From a virus: a stretch of DNA of 64,000 nt. This document shows, one piece after another, positions 30,006 through 40,337 of the stretch (position 1 is its first letter; each line of letters begins with the position of its first letter). The notes under the pieces are model-generated. The model had not been told where the DNA came from, made no database searches, and saw nothing but the letters and a program-made list of their open reading frames with translations. The DNA is taken from IMG/VR virus record IMGVR_UViG_3300034166_000560. One strand, given 5' to 3'. A program made the position numbers and the translations under genes.

Positions 30006-32783
30006 TTAAGAAATTCTATCTACTGTTGTCGCTGAATCGCAAAGCAATACACCGCTCGAAGACAAGAACTGATATCCAATAGGTAGAATATCTGCTTCTG
30101 TAGGCTCTTCTAGGATTCCCAGTAATTCCTGTTCTTCGCTTATTAATAAGAACTTTCCGAACAATTCAGAGCCTGAAGAATGGAAAGTTTCGTATAAGAT
30201 ATTCTTATATTTATCTAAAGTTCTAGCAACTTGTATTTCATAAGAATAATCTTGATAATAATGACTATCTTGAATATATTTATTAGAATTCAAGAAACCT
30301 TGAGTGTTAAGCCAATAACCCCTTCCTTTACCATAACCTCTCAAAACCACTCTACCAGTTATTTCTGCAGAAACGTTAAAAGAAGAAATAGTGGCTTCGA
30401 GTTTTGCGCCAGAACCGTTAGTTGTCTGAATAGATATATTTGGAATAACATCGTATCCAGACCCAGCAGTGGTCAGAGTTGTAGAAACAATAGAACCGTT
30501 GGCGTCGGTTGTGATATAACCTTGCGCCGTAAGACTAGGAAACCCTCCCGAAAAAATCATTTTTTCATTATTAGCGTAACCTTGCCCAGATTTAATAATG
30601 TTAACATTATTTGAAATAGCGCCATAAAGATACGCTTTTACATATTCTTCTTCTGTATATCCTTTACCAGAACTGTATAGTCTTACTTGCGCAACAACAC
30701 CATTACCGCCTGTATAGTTGGCGTCAATACTCTGATTTTCACCATATACTTCTCCTGCAGGATTAGCCATCAAGGATTCGTAAGTAGCAAACTGAGAAGG
30801 AAGGATAGTTGGCATAACTCTATAAACTGCGGCTGCAGTAGAGTTTAATGTAGGTTTACCATACAAAAACATGCTTGTTGAGTTAACAACTTCTTTGATT
30901 ACAAGAAGCTGTTTGGTGCTTGATAAGCTAGAATTGGCTTGAACTTGAATTACACTATTACCACTGAAAATTGTAGTAAAGGCTGTGTTAACGCCAGTTA
31001 TATAAGGTAAGAATGTAGCTTCGAATTGCGCACCAGATCCAGAAGAATTTCCTCCGGTTGAATTTGAAATCATAATATTAGAAGTTGGAGCAGAGAAATT
31101 TGCTCCGTAATTCGAAACAACTAAACTAGTAATACCACCGCTAGAATTAGTAGAAACAGTGGCAGTGGCGTTTGTGCCTGTTGGATTAACTACAGTAACA
31201 TAATCGGTGTTACTGTATCCTGACATTGTTCCTACCGCAGAAACTGTATAAACTCTAGTATTTGTTGAACTGTAAGAAACATTTCCTCTCATGGTATTTG
31301 AAGCGAGAGTAGATCTTACGAAAGTGTTTGCTCTCTGGACATAGCTGTTACCAATTTTTACATTAGAAAGACTAGCTATTTTTCCGAAAACGCTATTTGT
31401 AAAAGACAAACATCCATTGGTAGTATTAAACGTATATGTCAGTATTGATGTATTGGTGTTTCCATAAGCTGATCCATGAGCTACGTTTGTAATAACAACT
31501 GAAGGATTAGTATTAACGAAAGCTGATCCAACATTAGAAATTGTAAAATATAAAGCTCCACCAGTAGCGTTTGTTAACATGGTAACAACAGCGTTAACAC
31601 CACCTGGTTGGTCGTTCACGAAAATAATAACATCGTTATTGTTGTAACCTAATGGAGTTCCGGAATAAGAAATAGCGTTCAAACTCACATTTGAACCTAT
31701 AGCGGAAACTAAATTGGCTCCTGGGTTGTTTGGGAATCCATAAGAAGTTGCATTAATGGCTGTATTAACGTCAACCATATTACAAATGAGGTCAGTGTTA
31801 TAGGTAACTTCTTGAGGAGAGATAATTGAACCTATATCAAAAGAAGCGCCCTGCCCGTAATTGTCTCTTAAACCTCTATATGTAAATGTTGATGCATTGG
31901 CGGTAAAGCCCCAGCCGCCTTCCAATATATCAAAATACAAAGAACCGTATCCAAGAGCAGTTTCGGTAACTTTGACCATACCTTCCACGCCCTCTGAGAT
32001 ACGAACACCCGTATCAAGGTCGTTAGAAGCGATTTTTAGAATATCACCATTTTTGAAACTCTGGCCACCAGAAGTAATTTCCAAATAATCAAGCGACCCC
32101 AAAACATGAGAAGCTGCAGCTACTGCAGTAGCATTTGCTTCTTGTCCTTTTAGTACAATAGGCTCGTCTACAACGAAATCAATACCTCTTGGTAAAATAT
32201 TGCTTATATAAAGAACGCTAGATATTTTACCAGAAAATGATTCTCTTACGTAATTCTCAACAACAGCAGTTGCGCCAGAAGTAATACCAATAATAGTTTT
32301 ACCAACGTAATTTTGAAGAGCTGGTGAATCGGAAAGTTCTAGATATTTTGGTTCTAACCAAATGCCATCAGAAGCTCTAAGAATATCTTTTCCTGGAAGA
32401 TATACTTCAACATCTTCTCCATAAACAAGTTTGAATAGCAAACGATAACATTGAATTGTACCCTTAGAACGATAAACGTCCAAGATGTGTTTTAATAGGA
32501 ATCTTTTACTTGTAATGGTTTTGAATGGAATACCGTAAAGATATTTTTGTTGGAAATGAATAAGAAAACGCTCTAGTGTGCTATCGATATCACGATAACC
32601 CATAAGCTCACGTGCTTCTACTATTGGACCACCATCAGCCGCTTCGTGAGTTGAACTCTCGGTTTCCATCCATTCGTAATACGCTTTAATGAATAGAATA
32701 AAGTTCTCACCATCTTCCTGATAAAACGCAGGAAGCTGAGACTCAATAAAATTTGATATAAATTTTTCTTGTGAAAAATCCAT
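30006..32783 (-). CDS. gp7: Baseplate wedge initiator
   Basis: FIKAYYEWME, YRSKGT, IQDSHYYQDYSY, HSSGSELFG; follows gp6. Confidence 0.8.
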   Translation of the reverse strand: MDFSQEKFISNFIESQLPAFYQEDGENFILFIKAYYEWMETESSTHEAADGGPIVEARELMGYRDIDSTLERFLIHFQQKYLYGIPFKTITSKRFLLKHILDVYRSKGTIQCYRLLFKLVYGEDVEVYLPGKDILRASDGIWLEPKYLELSDSPALQNYVGKTIIGITSGATAVVENYVRESFSGKISSVLYISNILPRGIDFVVDEPIVLKGQEANATAVAAASHVLGSLDYLEITSGGQSFKNGDILKIASNDLDTGVRISEGVEGMVKVTETALGYGSLYFDILEGGWGFTANASTFTYRGLRDNYGQGASFDIGSIISPQEVTYNTDLICNMVDVNTAINATSYGFPNNPGANLVSAIGSNVSLNAISYSGTPLGYNNNDVIIFVNDQPGGVNAVVTMLTNATGGALYFTISNVGSAFVNTNPSVVITNVAHGSAYGNTNTSILTYTFNTTNGCLSFTNSVFGKIASLSNVKIGNSYVQRANTFVRSTLASNTMRGNVSYSSTNTRVYTVSAVGTMSGYSNTDYVTVVNPTGTNATATVSTNSSGGITSLVVSNYGANFSAPTSNIMISNSTGGNSSGSGAQFEATFLPYITGVNTAFTTIFSGNSVIQVQANSSLSSTKQLLVIKEVVNSTSMFLYGKPTLNSTAAAVYRVMPTILPSQFATYESLMANPAGEVYGENQSIDANYTGGNGVVAQVRLYSSGKGYTEEEYVKAYLYGAISNNVNIIKSGQGYANNEKMIFSGGFPSLTAQGYITTDANGSIVSTTLTTAGSGYDVIPNISIQTTNGSGAKLEATISSFNVSAEITGRVVLRGYGKGRGYWLNTQGFLNSNKYIQDSHYYQDYSYEIQVARTLDKYKNILYETFHSSGSELFGKFLLISEEQELLGILEEPTEADILPIGYQFLSSSGVLLCDSATTVDRIS

Positions 32784-34645
32784 TAGTTTCTTTTCTCTTC
32801 TATGGTAACCGTAACATCATTTGGATCGATCACAAGAATATTTTTTGGGCCAGCAAAAATATCCCTATCAGCTGTTCTAGCGTAAACAGAAATATGACTA
32901 GTATAAGAAGCTATATTAATGCTGTTAAGTTTTACAATACCAGAAATATAATCTACAGTGCCAATAGTTGCTAATTTAGTTACCTGATTACCGACTAGAG
33001 TATATATGTCCATATTTCCATGAGAATCGTCTTCAAAATAACTAAATGGATACGCTACACCGTCAGTATGATTATATGTAAACTGTGAAGAAATCACTGA
33101 TGCATGAGCGTAATGAACATTATAATCAGATCCATGAAATGCAATATGACTCTGAGAATACGTTGGTTGATTCTCTAAGTAAATTGTATTATTGAAATAG
33201 AGCGTCTCATTATAAGTTCTATTCACAAGAGGAGCCATTCTCTTAATAATACGGAAATCTGTCTGATTGCTTACGACGCTACTATCGCTGTCGTCAATAT
33301 GAGCCACAAGACGGCTGTATCTGAGATCGGCAGCAAACATTTCTAAGTGTTGATCGCTGTAAACATTAATAGCCGACAAAACAATATTTCTAAGATCAGA
33401 AACTGTTTTATCTGTTGAATACGGGTCATATTGAACAGATGAATCCAAACGAACATAAAGATAGTCAGGATCGGCTGTTTCTACTCTATTTGGCAGAGCA
33501 ATATAATCCTGAAGATATCTTACGATAGTTTCTTTTACATAATTTGGTGCAATTTCGCCCGCTGTTGGTTTCAGACAAATAATAACTCTACCATATTTCT
33601 TTTCTGGAAGCGTTTCTCCGCCGAACACAGCAACGTCAGCTATCTGACCTTGGAAATTGTTTTTAACTAGCGAAGCGTAATCGTCTGATGAAACTGCTCT
33701 TTGCTGAGTTGCAAAATATCTTGGAGCATTGAAACGAACAGAATCGATACTCTCTTGATTGGCTCCACCAGAAGAATTAGCTGAGACTGTTACTGGAGCA
33801 GAAACAATAGTTCCACCATTGGAAGGACCAATGTCGTCTGAAATTGTAAGCTCGGAAATACCATTACCATCAGAACCGTTTGTTACGATGTATTCCACAA
33901 GAACTGTTGAAGCGTTTAATGGTTTTCTACCGAAATTGCCATCACCGAAAAGAATTTCGTATTGACCGTTTTGAGTAGATTGTAAGAAGTAAACGTTAGA
34001 TGTAGAATCTAGACCAAACAATGTTGGCTTTTTGGTAAATAGTGTGTTTGAAGCTCCAAAATTTTCTACAACATAAACGTTGATAGTGTCAGTGTCAATT
34101 TTTGGGTCTGATAAAATGAATCTTTGATTTTCGATATCGTAATTTACCAAGAATGATTCGTTATTATATGAACCTTCTTTAATTTGTAGATTAGCTACAG
34201 AAAATGTATCATTAGTTGAAGCATAAGTTTGAGTGTCTGTGGTAACGAATTGGAATGTACCGTTTGAGTTTGTCCCAAAAAATCTAGTTCCTTTTGGAAC
34301 TGAAAGAATACCAGTAGTGGTTGAAATACCTGTGGTCTCGAACGCAATATTAACGTTAGAAACAGCAGCAGAATAAGATCTTGGGGTGTAATTTAATTCT
34401 TTGGCGTGAGAAATAATAGAGTCATATTTCTGAGCGGAATCCAAAAACATTTCGGATCCGATCATATTAAGGTAAAACGAATTCAAATATGTGTTATATG
34501 ATAGAACGTCCAAGAGAACGTTCATGTTTGAACCTTCGTAATCGTAGTCTTTAAGAACTGACTGCGACTTTAGAAAGGTTTTTAAATTCTGTTTTAGCGT
34601 ATCGAAATCGAGAGAGCTAAGATTTAGTGAGCTGTTTGCTGCCAT
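32783..34645 (-). CDS. gp6: Baseplate wedge subunit
   Basis: LDFDTLKQNLK, DYDYEGS, EMFLDSAQ, FGDGNFG, QQRAVSSDDY. Confidence 0.95.
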   Translation of the reverse strand: MAANSSLNLSSLDFDTLKQNLKTFLKSQSVLKDYDYEGSNMNVLLDVLSYNTYLNSFYLNMIGSEMFLDSAQKYDSIISHAKELNYTPRSYSAAVSNVNIAFETTGISTTTGILSVPKGTRFFGTNSNGTFQFVTTDTQTYASTNDTFSVANLQIKEGSYNNESFLVNYDIENQRFILSDPKIDTDTINVYVVENFGASNTLFTKKPTLFGLDSTSNVYFLQSTQNGQYEILFGDGNFGRKPLNASTVLVEYIVTNGSDGNGISELTISDDIGPSNGGTIVSAPVTVSANSSGGANQESIDSVRFNAPRYFATQQRAVSSDDYASLVKNNFQGQIADVAVFGGETLPEKKYGRVIICLKPTAGEIAPNYVKETIVRYLQDYIALPNRVETADPDYLYVRLDSSVQYDPYSTDKTVSDLRNIVLSAINVYSDQHLEMFAADLRYSRLVAHIDDSDSSVVSNQTDFRIIKRMAPLVNRTYNETLYFNNTIYLENQPTYSQSHIAFHGSDYNVHYAHASVISSQFTYNHTDGVAYPFSYFEDDSHGNMDIYTLVGNQVTKLATIGTVDYISGIVKLNSINIASYTSHISVYARTADRDIFAGPKNILVIDPNDVTVTIEEKRN

Positions 34646-35068
34646 TTATCGGACTCTTTTTAGGACTAAATTAAGAGTAATAGGTTCTGGGTTATTTATT
34701 ACTTGATAAATCAATGTTATCTCAACAGAATTTTCGTCTTGAGGGTCAGGAAAAAGAACTTCAATTACTTCGGCTCGAGGCTCAAAATTTGATATTGTGC
34801 TTCTAACAAACAATTCTATCTCTGAAGCATAATCTCTGTAATTTGGTTCGAATAACATAGAAGTAATATCGCAACCAACCGTTGGTTGGAACAATCTTTC
34901 GCCAAGGTTAGTGTAAACTAGGTTCTTGATAGATTGTGTTATCGAACGTTCATTGACAACTTTTGTAAGTTCATTGCCAAATATAGTTTTTGTGAACCCA
35001 TTAGGAACATCAGAAAAATATTCTATTTTCTTATTAGAACCTATTAGCGTTTCTGCTCTAGTGACCAT
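34646..35068 (-). CDS. gp25: Baseplate wedge subunit
   Basis: SIKNLVYTNLGERLFQP, FEPRAEV. Confidence 0.92.
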   Translation of the reverse strand: MVTRAETLIGSNKKIEYFSDVPNGFTKTIFGNELTKVVNERSITQSIKNLVYTNLGERLFQPTVGCDITSMLFEPNYRDYASEIELFVRSTISNFEPRAEVIEVLFPDPQDENSVEITLIYQVINNPEPITLNLVLKRVR

Positions 35069-35356
35069 TTAGTTTACCTCTACGAAACCGCTAGTAGAAA
35101 CGGCTTTAGGATTACAATGCTCACCGCCCGCTGTGGGGCACAAATTATCTTGCTGGGCGCTATCGTTATTAATAATGATAGATTTGCCACCTATTTTAAT
35201 AAACGTCTTAGAAGCTATCAGTTCCCCATGACCATGGGTATTTTGATCGTTCTCGACCGCCCACAACTGCCCACCAATCGTAACAAACGACTGTCCGGAA
35301 ACCACCGTAGTGGCTCCGCATGATCTTTGATCGCCGTGTTTATGAGCGTATGACAT
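35069..35356 (-). CDS. PAAR-like spike tip (gp5.4-like)
   Basis: HGDQRSCGATT, HGHGEL, HCNP metal-binding Cys/His pattern; position after gp5. Confidence 0.8.
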   Translation of the reverse strand: MSYAHKHGDQRSCGATTVVSGQSFVTIGGQLWAVENDQNTHGHGELIASKTFIKIGGKSIIINNDSAQQDNLCPTAGGEHCNPKAVSTSGFVEVN

Positions 35357-35363
35357 ATATTTA

Positions 35364-36212
35364 TTATCCTTGCTCGAATTTTATCTGTGGAGACTTGATA
35401 GTAATTGAACCACTTTCGATAGTAATTGTAGAACTACCAACTTTGAGTTCGATTTTAGTATCGCTCTCTATTTTTGTATCGCTTTTAGATTTGGTGCTTA
35501 TTTTCGCCCCAGAATTAGCAGTCATGTCCTGATCGGACTGGAACAGCATGGTGTCCTGAGAAAACGCCTTGAATGCTTGTTTAGACTCTAATTTGATTTT
35601 CTGCTTGGCAAAAGCGTCCCAGTTTTCATTGAAATAATATGCGGTGTCTTTGTTGTTCATTTGGACATATTTGCCCTCATGACCATCTACTGTATCGCCT
35701 TCGACCTTAGTATATTTGTTCTTTTTGAAGGTTTGTCTATGATCGCCATTAACGCCAACATCGTTTGTACCTGAAGATCCACCAGCAATAATTTTTGCAG
35801 AGCCGTCTTTCACAAGCTCGATTTTCTTACCACCGATACCGAACATGCCGTTCATTTTGGCTACAAAAGAACCATCACCACCAGACTCTAATCTAAAAGT
35901 TGACTCTGTATTAAAATCGTAATGACCGTCGACGTGAACAGAATGACCTGCTCCAGCATATGAGTGTTTATTTCCTGGAGTTATTTCAAAATGACCTTCT
36001 TTGACATCATCATCTGCTTCAGTTACTTGATAACCACCAGAAGGGTTTAATTTCTGACGAAAAGTTTTCTTTCCTTCTTCAGCGTTTACATATACCCAAT
36101 CATGACCACCACATTCGTCCCAATTACCATGAACGAAACCGTATTTTGGTTTGGTTTTCTGGTTACAGACTTTAGACTTTGGTGCTTTTTTGTTATAATC
36201 CTTATGCGCCAT
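35364..36212 (-). CDS. gp5 C-terminal beta-helix spike segment (likely start MAHKD at 36212)
   Basis: PKYGFVH, LNPSGGY, 8-residue beta repeats ending KIELKVGSSTITIESGSITIKSP. Confidence 0.7.
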   Translation of the reverse strand: MAHKDYNKKAPKSKVCNQKTKPKYGFVHGNWDECGGHDWVYVNAEEGKKTFRQKLNPSGGYQVTEADDDVKEGHFEITPGNKHSYAGAGHSVHVDGHYDFNTESTFRLESGGDGSFVAKMNGMFGIGGKKIELVKDGSAKIIAGGSSGTNDVGVNGDHRQTFKKNKYTKVEGDTVDGHEGKYVQMNNKDTAYYFNENWDAFAKQKIKLESKQAFKAFSQDTMLFQSDQDMTANSGAKISTKSKSDTKIESDTKIELKVGSSTITIESGSITIKSPQIKFEQG

Positions 36213-37818
36213 TTGTAGTCTCTTCAATTCCTAGTAGTGTTAGTAATGTTTGCATATCTGATATTTCAGTGTTAGAAAGACCGCTGTTGGTTTGTTCCGA
36301 CCATGCACCAGATCCACCAATAGTTGCGTCGGGGAAGCCAGAACCTGCTCCTCCTCCACCACCACCAGAGCCTCCTCCAAGGCCACCAAAACCACCCATT
36401 AGACTGCCCATCATTCCACCAATATCACCTCCGCCCAAAATTCCTCCGAGTGTTCCAAAACCACCCATACCGCCGATTTGAGCAAGACTACCCAATCCGC
36501 CAAGTGCGCCACCGAGCCCACCACCGCCGAGTGCTTGCATTCCGACTTGTAGAATTTGATTGTTCATTCCCATTTGTTTCTGGAAATCTTCCATAACACT
36601 GGCTGTGCTTCCCGCAACCGTTCCGTTTTTTGATCCGATTTGTTCTTGTTGGAACATCTGAATAAGCTGCATCAACAGACCGATTAACATACCCATCATA
36701 GCAGCCATGTTGTTTCCGCCGCCTCCGCCACCAGCATTATTACCAATAATTAAGTTTCCTTGTTGAACTTCAATCTGTTTAATCCATTTATCAAGAACAT
36801 CGTTCAAATAACGTGGGAATAATGGATCTGCTCCCTGACTAATAGTATATTGGGTTGGATCAACATAGAAATATTTGTCAAGATCAGCAGCAATACCACG
36901 TTCAACATTTGAGTAAATTTCCTCTTGTGCAGAAGCAAACGTATAAGTTCCCAATTCTCTTCTAACGTAATAAATTGTAGCTGTTAGGTCGTTGGGATCG
37001 ATCCATTGATCGTAGCCTGGATATGGTTCGTTAGCAGGAGAACCATAATATTGTTTCTGGTAAAAGTCTGGAACTTCTTCTAGTGTAACTAGATTAGTTG
37101 GAACGATATCTCCATAATACGTTTCGTCATAAGAAGAAACTGGAATATTCAATGGTCCATAATAAATTGCTACTTTTAACAGAGCAGAAATCGCTTTAAT
37201 GACGATTGGTTGATACCAGCTGTCTAATTGTTGTAATCCGCCATTAGGTAGAGTAATAAGAACGAACATTTTAATTACTCGTTCGAATCCAAATTTCTTG
37301 ATAAGAATAGCGAGCGCCCCAACGAAACCATCAGTAAGAACGATACTCATTCCTGATGGTGTTCCTGTGACTGTGAAACCGCTATTACCACCACCAGAAC
37401 CACCACCAAGACCAGCGCCCATACTCATAATGCCCATAATCATAGACATGTTTTGGTATAATTGAGGTATTTGCTGTGCTTGACCTTGAGGGTCTACTTC
37501 TTTAACAGCTTTTGGTAGATCTTTAGTTCCCTTTTTAGCAGCAGCCGTTGTTGGTTTGTCACCACTCGGTGCAACTTTCTTTCTTACATCTTCGAGCTTT
37601 TTGGCTTTGTTTTTTTCAACTCCTGGAGACTCTGGATATTTTGGATCTTCGGTTTTTGGTTTTTCCTGACCAAGAAATTGATTAAAGAAAATAGTTAAAT
37701 CTTTGTCAAAGAAATTTTCTTCGTCTGTGCTAGAAAAACCAGGAGTATCTGGACCTGCATTTTTAGGTTCGATCTTACCACCAGTCTTTTGGTCTTTTTG
37801 TTTAATCTTATTTGCCAT
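36202..37818 (-). CDS. Unknown 538-aa protein between the gp5 halves, with Gly/Met-rich hydrophobic segments
   Basis: ORF overlaps both neighbours; no recognisable lysozyme motif. Confidence 0.7.
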   Translation of the reverse strand: MANKIKQKDQKTGGKIEPKNAGPDTPGFSSTDEENFFDKDLTIFFNQFLGQEKPKTEDPKYPESPGVEKNKAKKLEDVRKKVAPSGDKPTTAAAKKGTKDLPKAVKEVDPQGQAQQIPQLYQNMSMIMGIMSMGAGLGGGSGGGNSGFTVTGTPSGMSIVLTDGFVGALAILIKKFGFERVIKMFVLITLPNGGLQQLDSWYQPIVIKAISALLKVAIYYGPLNIPVSSYDETYYGDIVPTNLVTLEEVPDFYQKQYYGSPANEPYPGYDQWIDPNDLTATIYYVRRELGTYTFASAQEEIYSNVERGIAADLDKYFYVDPTQYTISQGADPLFPRYLNDVLDKWIKQIEVQQGNLIIGNNAGGGGGGNNMAAMMGMLIGLLMQLIQMFQQEQIGSKNGTVAGSTASVMEDFQKQMGMNNQILQVGMQALGGGGLGGALGGLGSLAQIGGMGGFGTLGGILGGGDIGGMMGSLMGGFGGLGGGSGGGGGGAGSGFPDATIGGSGAWSEQTNSGLSNTEISDMQTLLTLLGIEETTNGA

Positions 37819-38114
37819 TATGCGTCGTCCAATTCTCCACGTGCAATCGAACCTAATACGATTGGATACAATTCTTCGGTGTCATGTTCCATATAACCAA
37901 CAATAACTCTAGAACCCACCTTCAGCCCGAACGGTGTTGGACCAATTTTATGAGTAGATGCATGAGTTACTGGTTGCATAAGAATAGCCCAAGGAAGGTC
38001 TTCGTCCTTGACTTTCTGTGTGTCGTCTTGATGACCATGTAAACGTATTTTTACACGACCAGATTTTGTTGGGTCTTTCTTATATTCAACTACATAACCT
38101 GTTCTTAATTTCAC
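37818..38114 (-). CDS. Stand-alone gp5 N-terminal OB-fold domain
   Basis: DPTKSGRVKIRLHGHQ, DLPWA, GSRVIVGY, PIVLGSI. Confidence 0.85.
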   Translation of the reverse strand: MKLRTGYVVEYKKDPTKSGRVKIRLHGHQDDTQKVKDEDLPWAILMQPVTHASTHKIGPTPFGLKVGSRVIVGYMEHDTEELYPIVLGSIARGELDDA

Positions 38115-39358
38115 GGTTGACCTCCACCACTTTGATCAAATGCACCACCTTTAATAACTCTAAGAATCATAGTAGCTCTTGGGGTTTGTCCCAGCGGTTT
38201 AATTTTTGTTCTAATTGCAACAACACAAACCTGACCGTTGAATTGTTTTTCTTTACCTGAACCATCAGCAGTTCTCGCAGGAATATCAAGTTTAATCATA
38301 GAACCCAATTTAATCTTTGGGTTGAAATAGGTTTCCAGCTCTGCAGAATTTTGCATCAAATAAGAAAGAAAATTTGCTCTATTATCTCTGGCATCTGCTG
38401 TTTTGTGTTTATCTTTGTCGTTCGCTTTGTCAAAAGTTGTATAATGATGGACAGCGTCAGCGTGTTGAGCCTGACCAGTATATTCTGGCTGTCCAGGAAG
38501 TTTAAACTGTTGAGGCTGATCTGGATCTGGCGAAGAAACTTTATGTGTTGTCAAATTAAACGTTTTCTGCGCTGATTTAGTTAACACTCGAGTCGGGGTA
38601 AAAAACGAATCAGAAGCCTTGAACCACATTATAGAGTTTTGTCTATCTTGATCGCTTGCATTAGAAGCGTCGAGTGTTGTTGTTTGTTTTAATGTAACGA
38701 CTGGTTGTTCTTTGAACAGTTTTTCGAAAGTAGAAAATACATACTTTTGCTGATCGCCTGTTTCCTGAAACAAAACATAACAAGAAGATTTATCTTCCTG
38801 GGAAACGTGTAGACGATTTAAGTGTTTTAATGCATCTAGAGGATGTTTATTATTAAGAATAACTCTTCTTTTACCGTCTGTCTTACTCTTTTTGTCGATT
38901 TGTAATTTGGTCTTGAAACCTTTTTTCACAACATCTTCTACAATATTGTCAGTCGTGTCGTTATAGCTTTTCTGCATATAATTACCTTGAGCGTTTAATA
39001 GCTCAGGACATACTGCACGGATATCATATTGTTTGTGTTTTAGGTTGGAAATATTATGAATCGACTGATCGTTCAGATTTTTATTCTGATACATTTTCAA
39101 CTTATATTTCTTTTGACCGCCGCTGAAACCACTGTCGGCTCCGGACAATGTTATCTCTATGTCTTTATCATACGCTCCTTGGATATTATTTTTACCAAGA
39201 GCGTCACTATGATCTAGGACTCTAACTTCTGCAACTGGACCATATGGATTTAGAATGTCTTCATAGATATTCAAACCAACATAACTAGCTTGTTTGAAAT
39301 TTGTTAAATCCAAATCTCCAATTTTTAGAGAAGATATTTTAATATCACCAGCTGGCAT
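38111..39358 (-). CDS. Baseplate hub protein (gp27-like)
   Basis: LNIYEDILNP, YVLFQE, IKLGSMIKLDIP, FNGQVCVVAIR; between gp53 and gp5. Confidence 0.65.
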   Translation of the reverse strand: MPAGDIKISSLKIGDLDLTNFKQASYVGLNIYEDILNPYGPVAEVRVLDHSDALGKNNIQGAYDKDIEITLSGADSGFSGGQKKYKLKMYQNKNLNDQSIHNISNLKHKQYDIRAVCPELLNAQGNYMQKSYNDTTDNIVEDVVKKGFKTKLQIDKKSKTDGKRRVILNNKHPLDALKHLNRLHVSQEDKSSCYVLFQETGDQQKYVFSTFEKLFKEQPVVTLKQTTTLDASNASDQDRQNSIMWFKASDSFFTPTRVLTKSAQKTFNLTTHKVSSPDPDQPQQFKLPGQPEYTGQAQHADAVHHYTTFDKANDKDKHKTADARDNRANFLSYLMQNSAELETYFNPKIKLGSMIKLDIPARTADGSGKEKQFNGQVCVVAIRTKIKPLGQTPRATMILRVIKGGAFDQSGGGQP

Positions 39359-39359
39359 A

Positions 39360-40337
39360 TTAGAAAGGTTCCTTCATCAAGTTAATTAAATTGTCAACAG
39401 CGACTTCTGAAAGATTCTTTTCCATCACTCTGATGGTTTTGTTGTATTCGTTCTTTTCTTCTTCATAATCGTAATATGAAACGCTTTCCCAATATCTTTC
39501 TTCATCGGCTGCAATGTTATTTGCTACAACTATCACAGAATCATTTGTTGATTCGTTCTCAACAATAGTTATAGCTACGTTTATTTGGCTTTCTGTTCCA
39601 TAAATGTAACTATTACCAGTGACCACAATACCAGCTGTATTATTAGTTTCGTATTGCCCTCTCATGTGTTGCAAATAAACGAAATTAAGGTTAGTGTTAG
39701 TCAAAAGCGAAGAATTGACATATACATTTACTGTGTTCGACATAACAAATTGACCGTTACCAGTATTATAATTATCAAAAACAACTTCAACAATTTCGTT
39801 ATTGACAAATGCGCTTAACTGGTATGCATTAGCAGATACGGAATATCTAACTATCTTATTCGTATCTTTATTCCAATTTGACTCTTTTCTTTTATAAGAA
39901 TATACAACGCCGTTTTTGTAAATTGGTTCCCAGTAATATTGTTGCGCAACAGTTAGTGAGTTATATTCAGCTGTACCAATATTATTACCTTTATCAGACT
40001 CCCAATTATTTCTATAATATTTTATTTTTTGTTGGGCGTCTGGGATAGATCCATATTTCTTTGTTATGAAATCTGTAAATTGTTGGTTGTCTAGATACCA
40101 TTCGTAATAAGGGTCAATTATTTTATTGGAAATGTAGAGAATCCAGCTTTTATAACTGTCCTCATAATATCGATGTGAGAAATGATCAGCCCTTTCAGCG
40201 TTAGAAATATCGTATGGATAAAACACGTATGGGCTTTCAGATACTCTATCCAATAGAGTTACTCTTTTGGTGATATCAACGACTTGATTGTTACTGTAAG
40301 TTATTACAGGAAATTTTTCGAAATATCTTTCTGGCAT
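39360..40337 (-). CDS. gp53: Baseplate wedge subunit
   Basis: YFEKFPVITY, ERADHFSHRYY, WILYISNKIIDPYYEW, YDYEEEKNE. Confidence 0.88.
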   Translation of the reverse strand: MPERYFEKFPVITYSNNQVVDITKRVTLLDRVSESPYVFYPYDISNAERADHFSHRYYEDSYKSWILYISNKIIDPYYEWYLDNQQFTDFITKKYGSIPDAQQKIKYYRNNWESDKGNNIGTAEYNSLTVAQQYYWEPIYKNGVVYSYKRKESNWNKDTNKIVRYSVSANAYQLSAFVNNEIVEVVFDNYNTGNGQFVMSNTVNVYVNSSLLTNTNLNFVYLQHMRGQYETNNTAGIVVTGNSYIYGTESQINVAITIVENESTNDSVIVVANNIAADEERYWESVSYYDYEEEKNEYNKTIRVMEKNLSEVAVDNLINLMKEPF

